64,000 bases of DNA. Origin: Lingula anatina (lineage: Eukaryota; Animalia; Brachiopoda). Position numbers and translations under genes: made by a program. Below, in pieces: positions 1 through 12,569 of this stretch (position 1 is its first letter; every line of letters begins with the position of its first letter). The notes under the pieces were generated by a model. That model was not told where the DNA came from. It did not search any database and saw only the letters and a program-made list of their open reading frames with translations. The stretch lies in NCBI GenBank assembly GCA_051362555.1, contig CM120640.1:46974788-47038787 (forward strand). The letters run 5' to 3'.

Positions 1-1203
1 AGCATCCGACATGAATAAGTTGGTATCAACGTTTCACTCTCTTGGGACCATGAATGATAAAAAATCATAACTAACCAATACTCGTATGGAAAGCGAATTT
101 TTGACTAGCTAGGCCTTTATCAAATTTGATGATTTCTAACACTTCATGCACGTAACATACCATCCAAATTTCGCTTTCTCTTAAACTTGAGCCACAAAGC
201 TTCAAAGTCCAGCAACACAATGGCTTTAATTTGGCAAAGAGCCTCCATGAAATCCAAGAAGCCATTAACAACGTTCCCACAGAGGTCCTTAGCATCATGA
301 CAGCGAGAGAAGTTTTTTCCGATCTAGAAACGTTGGTATGCGCAAAAAAAGTGAAGAATTAATCAAGGCAGGCCAGTACACGCATGATCATAAAGGGCAC
401 AAAGAAAACAGCAATTTACCGAGAGAGTGAGAGGTTGTTTGTTCGGTACCCTCCAAGTGGCAGAGGCAGCCAGATAATTCCAAGATGTCGGTATGCCTGT
501 AAAGGAATTGTAGTTGATAGTGATCTGTTCAAGCATAAATATTTGGTGACGATTAAGTGGCCCAATGGAACCATCAACACCCAATGGGTATCAGTGACTG
601 ATTTAACAGTGGCAACAGCCAGCAAAGAAAAGAAAGCCAACAAGAGAAGCCCAACAGAAGAATGGAAAAAACAACAGCACGAGAAGATATATTATATAGT
701 GCTATCACATAAAGACAAGGTCAACAATCTGAATCAAAGAAACATTAAAGTGCTTAACGAATGCTGAGAAACCGGTGGTTGGTCACCAGCTGTCTGTTTT
801 TAGGATACACGGCACCGCAGCTTCTCTTTGAGTAGAAGCCATCTGTCACATTAGAGACAATGAGGCACATTACGAGCAATTCATTTTTGGTGATTTTAAT
901 ACCTACACTAATAATATGCTCAAGAAAACAACATACAGTGACCACGTTACACTTATGGCCTTGTCGTCCAACGTCCAATTTCTCATCGCATCAGATGGTC
1001 CAGACTTTACAACACTAGTTTCACCAGATGGGCAGTACAGCAGCACTATGTTTACTCTTACACTTGGATACTTCCTGGAGGGGAAAGGAGAGCACTACGT
1101 CATTGTTGGCATCGCGAATGAAATGCAAAGAGATTTCTTAGCTACACTACATGAGAGGCAGCATGAGGAGAAAAATAATATGCAGCAAGAAGGTATGGAG
1201 TAA
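1..1203 (+). mobile_element. Decayed Gypsy-integrase-related (Ginger-like) element: broken integrase C-terminal half, linker and OTU-like protease domain
   Basis: Manual translation across stops and frameshifts gives TYHPN (~155-170, resembles integrase PYHPQ) and GFNLAKSLHEIQEAINNVPTEVL (~220-290, integrase end-helix-like), then ORF 384-767. After that comes GHQLSVFRIHGTAASL/VEAICHIRDNEAHYEQFIFGDFNTYTNNMLKKTTYSDHVTLMALS...TLGYFLEGKGEHYV (781-1110), an OTU-like domain with the H-Y catalytic His motif. The DGNC catalytic Cys motif is not present. Superfamily is inferred. Confidence 0.55.
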
Positions 1204-1425
1204 GCAGAGACATCGGACAGAGAGAACAGTCAGCAGATGCAGTATAAAGAGGTGGATTGTCTTTAAACATTAATTACAAACAATTAGAGAACTTATTCCT
1301 AACAATTGGTCAGTCAACCCCCCAAGGCTGTCGTCTCCCACAGCTAATAAAAAGAAGATGCAACTGAAAACACAGTTACTCTGTCCTAGGACTTACTCAT
1401 CATCAACATGCTTTCCTTGCAACAG

Positions 1426-3024
1426 ATTTCAGCCAACACTTCAGCCTATCCACGTGCTTCAAGGTTGAGGGTCAAAGTTGTAGCGACCACTGAAACTACA
1501 TCCTATACTGACAAGAAAGGCCAGGTGAAAGGCATGACCGAAGTCGGTGTGGAGGACAAATCGGGAGCTAGGAAGATGGCTCTTTAAGGGGCCAAGCAAA
1601 GAAAGGAGATCTGGGAGAGGATAACCTATTGATGTGCCATGCCCCCTGCCCAGACTGATTATCAAAAGTACAAGTATAAGCATCTCATATATTCCAGCAA
1701 ACTAGACAGTTCCATTATTAAGAAAAAAAAAAGAAAGGAAGAAAGAAAGAAAACAAAAAGGAAAACAAAATAAGTCTTATTGGGAATGTATATTCAGAAA
1801 TAATAGTATCTGCCCCAAATGTTTTGGACAAAACCAAAACAACTGTTAAACTAAAGTTTGTCAATGATGCTATTTCACCAGCATGATGTGATATTGCGAT
1901 ATTTGCGCTTAACATTCATCTGCATAGGATTATCAATTGATCTCCAAAAGGAACCAATTAACTGTTTTGCAATAACGTTTCAAAACCAATGCATCATATT
2001 GCAGGCTAACATTTTATTCATTGCCAGTTTCTTTTGTTGAAATCTCTTCTTACTTCTTTACAGATTGCAACAACCAAGGACCTTATAGTCAAGGGACAAC
2101 CTACAAAGATAACCCTCATGGTACAAGACGAAACAGACTCAATAGCTGTAAATCTATGGCAAGATGCCTCTAGTTCTCCTGTCAAGGTTGGAAGTTCGGC
2201 AGAATTTAAGGGACAAATAAGTTTCAACTCTTTTGTAAAAAGGTTAGTGTGCCACATCAACAACTCCAAAGATGTGGAGGTAACAACTGTTTTTTTTCTT
2301 TTTTTTTGTAATCCATACTAAACAGTCTCTAAATGTTAAAGAAGTTATTTCAATTAAACAATTCCATATCACTGTATATCCATCTATTAATAATTATTAT
2401 TATTATGTCATATTAAACCATGCAAAAATGTCAATATCTACTTCACATTACTAGGGATTAATGTTGTACACAAGTACACCAAAATTCAGTTCATTTCACA
2501 CTTAAAATTGCCCTCCATGAAACTTTAATTGCAATTTTCATGCAATTTAGCAACTTTCAGTGTTAGGACCAACAAAAATGATGCAAAAAATTATCAAACA
2601 CATCTCACTGTTTTCATTCATCCTCGTCTTTCCTTTCTAAAACTTCCATACTTAAAACTCGAATATAAAACATACATGCATGATTTCATCCCAACAAACA
2701 AGAATACTAATACTATACCTACGTCAACACTGTCCTTGGTCCCGTAATTTCACTACAAATAAATGTTTTATATGATGTTTAACAAATTCACTGTTTCAAA
2801 TTATAATTAGTTATGTCTTCTCTGTTCATTCCAGATGCAACCAAGCATGGATGAAGAAAAAAAATTACACACATTGCTGTTTCCTCCTCTAACAATGGGG
2901 ATTTCCTCTTCATTTCTGAAGAGTTAGAGGGGGAAGCAGCAATGAACAAAGAAATTGCTGAAACTATTTTCCTCATACCTAGTGAAGAAGGCATATCGAA
3001 TGAATCACTGTACATGCCACAATA
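1426..3024 (+). pseudogene. Disrupted spliced gene with two RPA/SSB-like OB-fold segments
   Basis: After the acceptor at 1425: LRVKVVATTETTSYTDKKGQVKGMTEVGVEDKSGARKMAL* (in-frame TAA). Exon ~2063-2279: IATTKDLIVKGQPTKITLMVQDETDSIAVNLWQD...VKVGSSAEFKGQISFNSFVKRLVCHINNSKDVE, followed by a GT donor. Probable frameshifted last exon ~2834-3024. The 'V.D.sG.i..tlW' pattern is typical of OB folds. Confidence 0.5.
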
Positions 3025-3078
3025 AGAGAAGACAGGCTAGTAGTAGTGCCAAACCACTTGGGAGGAAAGGCAAAGGGA

Positions 3079-3898
3079 ATGGAAAACTGGACAGAGGCAG
3101 ATACCCTCGCACTCATCAATATCTGGGGGAAGGAAGACATTCAAGCGCAGTTTGCAAGTGTGCGTTACACAAATGTTCAAGTTTTCCGAAAGATCGCTGA
3201 GCGGCTGAGACAGGATTGCTGTATTGATCGTTCAGGCCAGGCTTGCCTCAATAAAATCAGAAAGTTGAAAGAGAACTGTATGAAAGTGAAAGACAACAAG
3301 AAGTGAGTTTCTTTTGAATTTTGCAATTATCAACTACTGTCAGATTTCTGACTTCATTCACCTTCGTATTTTTCATAACTTACCTTACTAGATAGCGCCT
3401 ATAGGCCTTATAATTCGTCTCTCAGGCGCTGTTACTGTTGATTACCCATATCCATGTGTTTATTATATCTTCATGTATTTCTTCCTTTATATTTTTCAGT
3501 CGTAGTGGTAGGGGGCACAAAACATGCAAGTATTACGAAGAGCTTGACAAGATCCTAGGAAATCGCCCTCTGCAAATGCCCCGCAACTTGCTGGATACAA
3601 GCGCCCAAGACACAGGTAAGCCATTAAAATTGACAAGACAAGTAAATGGGAAGATTTGGGGTGTCACCGATGATATGTCCTTTGTCTGCGGACCCATCTA
3701 CCTGGCATCCACAAACAAATAATTAAGCATTATTACTTTTTCCTTCCAGTAGCTTGCTACCGGCACTCTGTACACAAGAAGATAGGCCAGGGATTAGTCA
3801 CTAGCCCAATCAGTGCTGCCGGTGGCAAGACTGAGGTGATGGAAAGCAGTCTGTTTGGGAGCGGGGATGACTACTTGACCAATCAAACCACTTCATGA
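3079..3898 (+). CDS. Myb/SANT-like (trihelix, Myb_DNA-bind_4-type) DNA-binding protein, possibly Harbinger-derived or partly decayed
   Basis: Exons 3079-3302, 3500-3615 and 3750-3898 join in frame: MENWTEADTLALINIWGKEDIQAQF...FRKIAERL..DRSGQACLNKIRKLKENCMKVKDNKNRSGRGHKTCKYYEELDKILGNRP. The W..L..IW and C.yY.ELD.ILG motifs are typical of the family. The third exon is less certain. Confidence 0.65.
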
Positions 3899-5093
3899 GC
3901 CACCAAGGCCACACCCAGGAACAGGATTTGAAAGATTTCATTGCCTACAAACTTTCAAAGCTCAGAAACGAACTCGCAAGAAAATTGGCACAAACATTAT
4001 AAGAGCAAACAGATAATGTAATTTCAATATTCTGAAAATTACAAGGCAAATTGGACTCCTCAGTGAATGTAGTGCTAGAGGAAGCTAGCCCAGTGCTTGA
4101 GGAGGGACATTCAGAATATTATGGGTCATGAACCAGGGTTGCATTTAAATGTATATGTGACTCCCTTCAGGCAGCTGCACATCCTGCTACCTAGGAAGCT
4201 GAAGTGGAGGAGACGGAGCAGCCTTCACTGCCAGCCAAAGCCTATGCAAGGATCTGTGTGTAGAAAGTACACTTTCAGATTGGAAAACCCCACAGAGGCC
4301 ATAACGAAAATAATCTAATAGATTCTTGAAAGTCTTGGCTTTGGCCAATTATACCCTGTAGGCATAAGAAAGACTCGAGGTTATTCCAGACTCAAATACA
4401 GTTACATTTTTAATGCTTGTGATGCATGGAAACTGTACCTGATTGCATGGAAAGAATCATAAAGTAGATAGTAATCTAATGTTTGACAGTTTGTAAGAAG
4501 CTTATTATCAATCTGGAATACAGACAAAAGGGATGCCTTGAATATCTAGATGAGTGCAATATGCACCCCCAGAGGGATGGAGAGGAGTACATGTGCCTCA
4601 TAAAACATCAAGCATGCAAGAGGGTGACAGAAGGAAAAGAAAAAAATTTTAATATATTTTTATCAACTTTAGAGGCTCTGCTCCCTGCTTCTAATGGGGT
4701 TTTGTCTCTTGACCTACTATACTTCCCCCAACATCATGAATATTCTCTTGGAAGCATATTCTCCAGAAAAACAACCAATGACTGAACATTTTAATACTAT
4801 ACTGTTTTACCCAGATCCTCCATAAAGACTAAACATGTCCAGTTTTTTCCCCAGTCTCCTCTAACTTCTACTAAACTTAACAATAATCATTAAACACAGT
4901 AGAAATGATTAGACCCGATTAGATAACAAACAGTCATACATTTCATCTTGTCTTCACAACCTATAAGTCTTGATCATATGAATGGTGTTTGTTTTTATCT
5001 GATCCAGAGACCACATGAAACCTCTTTTGGATATTTATCAAATACTTTGGTTTTAACAGGTTCACTACAAAACATAATATTGTAAATCTAATT

Positions 5094-8000
5094 TCAGACT
5101 CTCGGCTTCTTTTTACTTATCAGCTGAGTGTTCCATTTCTCAAGATCTTCTACTGTCTCTGGCACTGGATGGTTGTGGGTCTCTGGTAGGATGAGAGTTA
5201 ACAGTCCAGAAACTATTGTTAACCCTCCAAACACTGTTCTTGGCAGCTCCAACATTGCTTTAGACTAAAGGAAATGACAAAAAAAGAAGTTCAATGTTAT
5301 GTTTCACTTATAAGCAATTCAAACAGAAGGGCTTTTAGAAAACCTCAATAGGGAGCATATGCTTAAACACTATGAGAAGTTCTAACCAAATAAAATGGTA
5401 AACTTCAAAACAGCAATTCATCTATTTGCAGAAGAGACAATTCCTACTTCCACCTGGTTTCTTCTCAAAAAGTACCAGTATACCTGCAAGCATATAAAGC
5501 AAAGACTTACACTATATAGAACAAAAGGTGCTGCCATCCCACCAACAGTGTCCCAAAATGCTGCAAATCCAAATGCAGAGTTCCTAAAATCAAAAAACAT
5601 ATAATGTCAAATAAATATTACACATTTTTAAAAAAGCATTTAGACAAGGACAAGACTGCCATTTTGTGGAAAAAAATGGAAATATGGCGTGGTGTCCAGA
5701 CCTACCCCACCTCCTCCCACCTATACACACAGTTTTTATTTCATATCTGCATCAATCTCAAACATGATATTTGGCTTCCAAAAAGTCAGACATCTGCCAA
5801 TGGTTGGAAAAATCTCACCACTGTCAAGGTAAGATGGGTATTTTCAGCAATGGAGATTCATTTATAATAAACATCAAAAGAAATGCACTGTAGATAAACG
5901 AAGACAAAATGCTCAAACAATATAAAATTTACCTAAATACCGTTGGGAATATTTCTGCTGAATACAGGTATATACTACTGAAGGATGCAGTGATCCCAAA
6001 CTTCCCCAGCAATGAGATGGTGATGATAAGAGGGAGGAGGTTCACTCCACTGTCTGAAAGAAGGCAATGTCTTACTCATGTATTTCCTGTATTTACCCTC
6101 TACACATTACTTCAAATGTTCAATAAACAATTTATATAATCTCATTGAGTTTTAGAAACTGGAAAAAACACTAGTCTAAATAAAGGTATGAACTTCTTAA
6201 ACACACAAAGTAATTAATTAAAAATTATATATATATTTTTAAATTATTGAAACAAAAAGATGGGAGGTAATAAGTATGACAATGATATGGAAATAAAATG
6301 CCTGTAACATAGGATGCATTTGAGAATAAAATTATAAAAGCTCAATAAAAATAAAAAAGATTTACCTGTTTCTTTTGGTATGAACACCAGCATAATATTA
6401 GACAAACCACACAACATTTGAAACATACAAATAGGTTTTCTTCTTCCAAATCTGAAGAGTAAAATGGTAAAATAATAATCAACTGATTTCTGTAATAAAA
6501 ACTACAGAATCCAATGCTGATTATATCTCCTCCATCTCCTTCCCCTCTCTGAAATATTGACATCTTTGTTAGAGCATTACAGTTTACTATCAGAAAATAA
6601 TCATTAAAAAGCTTATACTGGTTTTATCTTAAAATGCCATAAAATGTGTGACAATCTTATTCTTAATCACTCATATAACTCATGCCTACCAACATACCAC
6701 TGATACTACACACCAGACATGAGCCCTTGGGTTAAAAAAACCCTCTGAACCTTTATGGTGGGATCCAACACGAATCTCGGAAACCATCAGAAATGAGTTT
6801 CAAAACATGGAATTCTGCTTTTCCGCAGAAAAAGCTCATGCCTGATACACAGCTTAAACAGCATTCAAGTGTTTCATATAAGTAAAGAGACATAAAATTG
6901 TCTAAACTCATCAGGGATTTCAAGTCTGAGGCCCCACCTTTCCCATGAGGCAATTAAATCTCACGTAAACCAAATCAGTCTCTTGTATGGTGAAAAATCA
7001 AGTCCTGAACCAGTTTTTACTTTTGCCATTGACTGAATGCACTTGACATTGAAGGCAATAATGTAAATCCAACATTCCATACCTCTGCAGAAGAAAGGAA
7101 CCTATGAAATATGCAGGCAACTCTACAGCACCACTGAGAAAGAAGTTGATATATCTATCTCCATGCAGTGTCCCTGAACCCAGAGTCAGACCATAGTACG
7201 CTAGACTGTTCACCATCCTTAAAAAAAAGGAAGACCACTTGTGGTTAATTACTATCTAGATATATGCACGTATCTGATATAATGTTCATAAATAGCACCT
7301 GTATGCACTTATATCAAAACTGCAACTTTTTAAAATATCAAATGGGAATGTTTTCGCTACTTTTTGTATAGTAGCATAATGCATTCTTCAATATGTATAA
7401 GTTCTAACTGACTTACATTGTAACCAATCGAACAGAATGCATTTTAAAAGAAACCAAAGCACTTTCACTTATATTCATCAAAATAAATTAATAGTATCTT
7501 GATCTCTTACCATAAGTAACATACAGTGATAGTGTAGAATGCCATTTTTGGTATGCAGCATATCTTGAACATGTCCAGTAGTTCAAAAAAGCCATGTTTT
7601 GTTTTACAATGTTCATCATTCTGGTCATTGTTTTCTGCAGAACACTTGTTGCTTGGAGTGACAGAAGAATTTTCTACTTTCATTTCACCAGCTATATTTT
7701 CAGCCTTGTCATAAGTTAACTGAGTCACATGCTGAGCTTCCTCCACTGTTTCTTCTTCTTGAAGCATTTCTTGAGTCGATGGGTTGTCAGCATGTTTTAT
7801 ATTCTGATTCATCATCATGTCCATTTCTTCAGAGGATAAACAGTTATCTGGTAGAGATGCCTTATTAATTCTAGCAGCCTTTTGAAGAATTGCTTCTGCT
7901 TCTTTTATCTTGCCCTTTGCAATAAGCCAGCGTATAGACTCGGGGAGGAGCCTGAAAAAGGAATTCATCACCTGCTGTCAATTTGTTAAACAATGATACA

Positions 8001-10833
8001 AAAAATTACACACCAGTGGTATTTTTTTTTCCAGTCTGTGATCTTGGAATCTATATTTTGTAGGTAAATCAGACTCGGTTATCAATGCACAATGTTGTGT
8101 GTATTTACATATGTTCAATTTAAAATTTGATCTTAATAAAACCTGGATGATAAAAAATATTAGAGCTCTCTATGCGTTTTATGTCAAGCTATAAATTATG
8201 TAAATCATCCATACACATTGCGCCTTTGAATCCTGGTGTACAGTTAGCTTCAGTCTTGCCTTTTTCGATCCATTTATGGCCACAGCCAGACAATTAACCC
8301 AGAGTAAACTGTACAGAGTACAGTAAATACAGTACCTGTACAGGGCAGTACAAGTGCCCACTTGTAGATGATGTTATTGCTTTTTGTTGTCACTTGTAAC
8401 TTGTTTGATGTAACTGATGTTTTTCTCTAGCCATTTATTTAAGGACTTGATTAAAAGACTTATAATTCTACATTATTTCAAACATTTTTGTGTTATTATC
8501 AATTGTTTTTCTTTTCTTTGACCTGTATCATCTAATATTCATATTGCACAATATATTGAACATAATGTGGAATTTGGACTTGAAATAAAAATTGTTTCCT
8601 TATTTTTTGTCTGGAGGTATATCTACTTGACCCATTCAGTGTGCATGAAAAGGAGGTGGCCTGTGACAAAACTTGTTTCCTTTTTTTACAGCTTCAAATG
8701 TCATTAATGACATTTGAAGCTCTAATGTCATTAATGAGTAATCAGGGTTAATACTGGACTTGTGATGAACATAGCCTTTGTGGGGAATATGGACAGAAAA
8801 GGTATTCAAAATAAATTAGTTTGGATAAAAATAACCTAGATTACTTTATGCCTGAAGTACTTTGTGGCACTGTAAAAAGCTCATGGCTATTCTACTAAAC
8901 TTACCAGTAATATGAGACCATGAGAACAGTGGGCAGTGAGATGACCAGTGACAGATGCCTCCAGTCCTTGACCAGCCAGGCAATAAAAGCCAGGCCCATG
9001 AGGCCAGCAGCCCAGAATACTTGCTGTACTATCCCAGGCAGAGTACGGTGAGAGGGTGGGAACACTTCAGTCATCATTACATAACTTATTACTGCTATAC
9101 CCTGGAAGACACAGGAATGTTTATGATACTCTGCTAAATCATGTTTTCACTGAGCCATTGCTGGGGTTGGGATAGCACATCTGTGTTTTAATCAAATGAT
9201 CATTTTGCTAAATAAAAAAAATTCACAGAAAATAAGCAAATATTTATATTTCATTTAAGTAAGGTAAATCCCCTGAAGCATTTGATAAAAATTTATTTAT
9301 CTGTTAGCCTGAATAAAAATGCAGACAGATTTCTGCAAATGTAATCATATGCCATAAATTAAAAAAATAATGCCACTGACTTAATTCTTGTCAGCTATAA
9401 CTGCCACAGTCACAACATTCAAACAAGTTCTGACAAAACATATACCAATAGTATAGTTTATAACAAATTAGAAATGCTTTTATTTATTGCAACTTAAATG
9501 TTTATATGTACATTTATAAATGTATGCAACAGACAATCAATAAATACTTTAACTAAGTCAGAATACATAAAACAAAATCCTAAATAATACTTCAGATATC
9601 TAATATAATGCATTATGTATTTTAAACATACTTTAAATTAGCCTTCAACAATTAAACAAAAGCAGATATACTATCCGGATAGTTAAAGATAATCTCTCTA
9701 TCTGAACTGTCTTTGGTGTTTTCTGCCAGGAAAACAATGAAACTTTCACTGTCCTTAGCATAGTTTCTACATAGATATTATCTGTAACAAATCCCATCAT
9801 GCTAATATATATATTTTCCACTCACCCTGTTAAGTGCCCCTATAAAAAACCTTAGAATAACAAACTGCAGATAGCTGGTGGTGAAAGCCAGTCCAAAGGC
9901 CAGAGCTGTCTGTATCCACAGGCAGGCTAAGAGGACATGTTTTCTGCCCACTCTGTCTGATAAAGGGGTGATGAACAAAGATCCACACATTATGCCTGCC
10001 ATGTGGATTGTAGTGGACATGTCCACTAACCAGTCTTGACCACAAACTAAATCCCACTATAATGAAATCATTATCATCATGGGCATAACTGTTAACAACA
10101 TGAAAATAAATCAATAAAAAAACACCTTGGTAATTTTGAAATACAAAGCATATTTTATCACACATAAAAGACATCTTTTACATACATATTTAAAAAGCTA
10201 CGTTGGAAGATAAAAACTATATAATCTGTCTTCATGATCTCCACCATATTTAAAAAAGAACATGTACAAGAAGAGTTGCAAAAGAGGACAGATGAAGCAA
10301 GATAATGCAATAAGTACCATGCTACAGATTCATTTACACTGTATTCACAACCATCTTGTTCACTTGAATGTGTATTCTCAAGCAGGTTTTCAACACACAT
10401 GCTGCACATGTTGAAGAATAAATGATACCCAAAGAAAATTGTTTAATGCCTATGTTTTTTATTCCATTCATTAACTTTTTAATGCCGATGCACACCTTAG
10501 TTTACATACCTCTGTTACAATAGTCTTTTCTCCTTTCTCTGTTGCATAATCCCATCCATCTGTACATGTAATGGTCTTGTTACTCCCTGACACAGCATAC
10601 ATCTTACACTGAGACAACTGCCAGTTCCCTTCATTATCCAGTTCTAAGGGCACCGACTCATTCAATGTGGCATTTGTGGGGAGAGTGCAGTGGTGGCCTG
10701 GTTTGTAGCCAATGAAAACTATCCCCAGAAGATAGCCACTGCTTCGCAAGTTGATTAGACCAATCAGGACAAAGATCAAAATTTGGAATCTGCCATAGCC
10801 ACCAATGTGTGTCAATACATCATCTAACTTCAT
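5094..10833 (-). CDS. SLC22-family organic cation/anion transporter (MFS), 9 coding exons
   Basis: Exons 10833-10510, 10056-9826, 9101-8905, 7951-7511, 7217-7083, 6451-6366, 6053-5933, 5583-5511 and 5264-5094, all GT-AG with compatible phases. Motifs: DDVLTHIGGYGRFQ, TIVTEWDLVC, LSDRVGRK, LLPESIRWL, FGRRKP, LYSAEIFPTVFRN, LPETHN. Confidence 0.93.
8690..8721. repeat. Perfect 32-bp palindrome in an SLC22 intron
   Basis: agcttcaaatgtcattaatgacatttgaagct equals its own reverse complement. Its core aatgtcattaatga recurs immediately after. Confidence 0.9.
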
Positions 10834-12569
10834 CTGAAATTGCAAAGAAAAAAAACATATATGATGAATGGATATTCACTTTGCCAGAGAAGTTTATATC
10901 TAGAAAGTCGCACATTTTAAACTAAAAAATGTTTCATGCACCTTATGTGACTTGTGCATTGAGGTGCCATCCAAGGGTTTGCTAAACTAGCTAGCTTCAT
11001 TGTCATCTTTCACTTCACTAGAAAAAGTTTTTCAAAATTCAAAATTGTTAGCGATGTAAGACAGTTTTTACCCTAAATTCACCTCAACATTTCATTTGTA
11101 CAGCAGCAGGACAGAAAAAACACAGCAGATGCAGGCTTCTATTTTTCCTTGCAATTGTTTCACTGCTATTATATCTGGGAGAATCCCTGTTGCAAGTACA
11201 GTGTAACAATACCTTCTGCCTGTTCTATTTGAGAAGGTGCTAGCTATTATTATCCCAGATGGGTAAAGTGCTGCTCACAGTCCACTAGCTATTGTTTGGA
11301 CAAGTTGTTAATTACTGCAATCTCTAAATGTTATCAGATGTAGTGTGAAGATCACTGTTGGCACAGTGCCCCCAGCTGTTATTTAGATCAGTTGTCAAGA
11401 ACTCCCAATTTCCCAACACAATGTAATTATGACTAATTCCTGCAACATCCCGAATATAAAGTGTTATCAGATGTAGTCTTTTTGATGTGTATCCAAGTAG
11501 TCCAAGTGTAAATATACAAACAGGAAAAAAACATTATTCTCTTACTTTGTTACTTACAAACTCAAACACAAAAATGTTGACATTTTCACTTTATGCAGCA
11601 ATGGAACTGATGTAATGATCAAGGCTATAACTGTACTTTCAGACATGAAAATATTGTGTTGCATTTGCTAAGGCTTCAAGATACTGTATGCAGGTGGGTG
11701 CAATCGCCATCGCAAATAGCAATTGATCACTATGCATGCATGCGGTCCCAATTGGTGATGCTTTCTAGATACAGAGCCCAGCTAAACAGTATTGAATTCA
11801 CAGGTACAACTGCACAGATCAGTAGCTCTAGCTGGACCTCAAGCCCTCCATCAGCGTTCACTTGTGCAAGTGTATAAAAAATTGCGTCAGAGATATTTGA
11901 GCCATCAAAATACTCATTTCACGATAAACATAAATACTCGTTTTAAGATAAACATCGAAAAAAGACTTGTATGCATAAGTTTGCAATCTCTGCACACAGC
12001 GAAAAAAGCACATTAGAGAAAACGCAAATAGCAGATCTATTTGCGCATAAAACTTGCAACTGTTAAAAAAACTTGCAAACGCTTTACGCACAGCGACGAG
12101 CAATATTATTAATACGCTGAGCTCTCCAGAAAGTCCTCAACTGTTTACAATTTAAAAGAAGTATTAATTTGTGCAAACAAATGATTCACCAACCTTTTTC
12201 TTTACTTCTCTAGTCTGGGCTTGTGACAAGTGAACGTCTAGGCAAGGTTACTACTGTTCCATGTGAGCTTGACCTCCGTGATAAGTCTCGTAATGGTCAG
12301 CTTCTCTTTAACAAAGAGTTTTTCGAAAACGAGGTCAATTAGTTTGACCTTCACTTTGCTCAATTTTAGTCTCCTTTTACAAAAGAAAAGCTTAATGTGA
12401 AGACCACAGTTGCCTGTGAAAGCCGTGGTGGGTGTTATTTGTTTTAAACCACTGTCTGGGTGCCTGTCTTACTTTTCATTAAATATATAATTAAAATAAT
12501 CAGATAAGTAGAATGAAATGAAGAAAGTAAACATGCACTTTTAGGATGAAATGTCTCTTTGGAAGTGAT

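Noticed and set aside
5448-5510. Apparent extra SLC22 exon after a 27-nt intron
   Set aside because: The intron would be too short, and the protein is complete without it.
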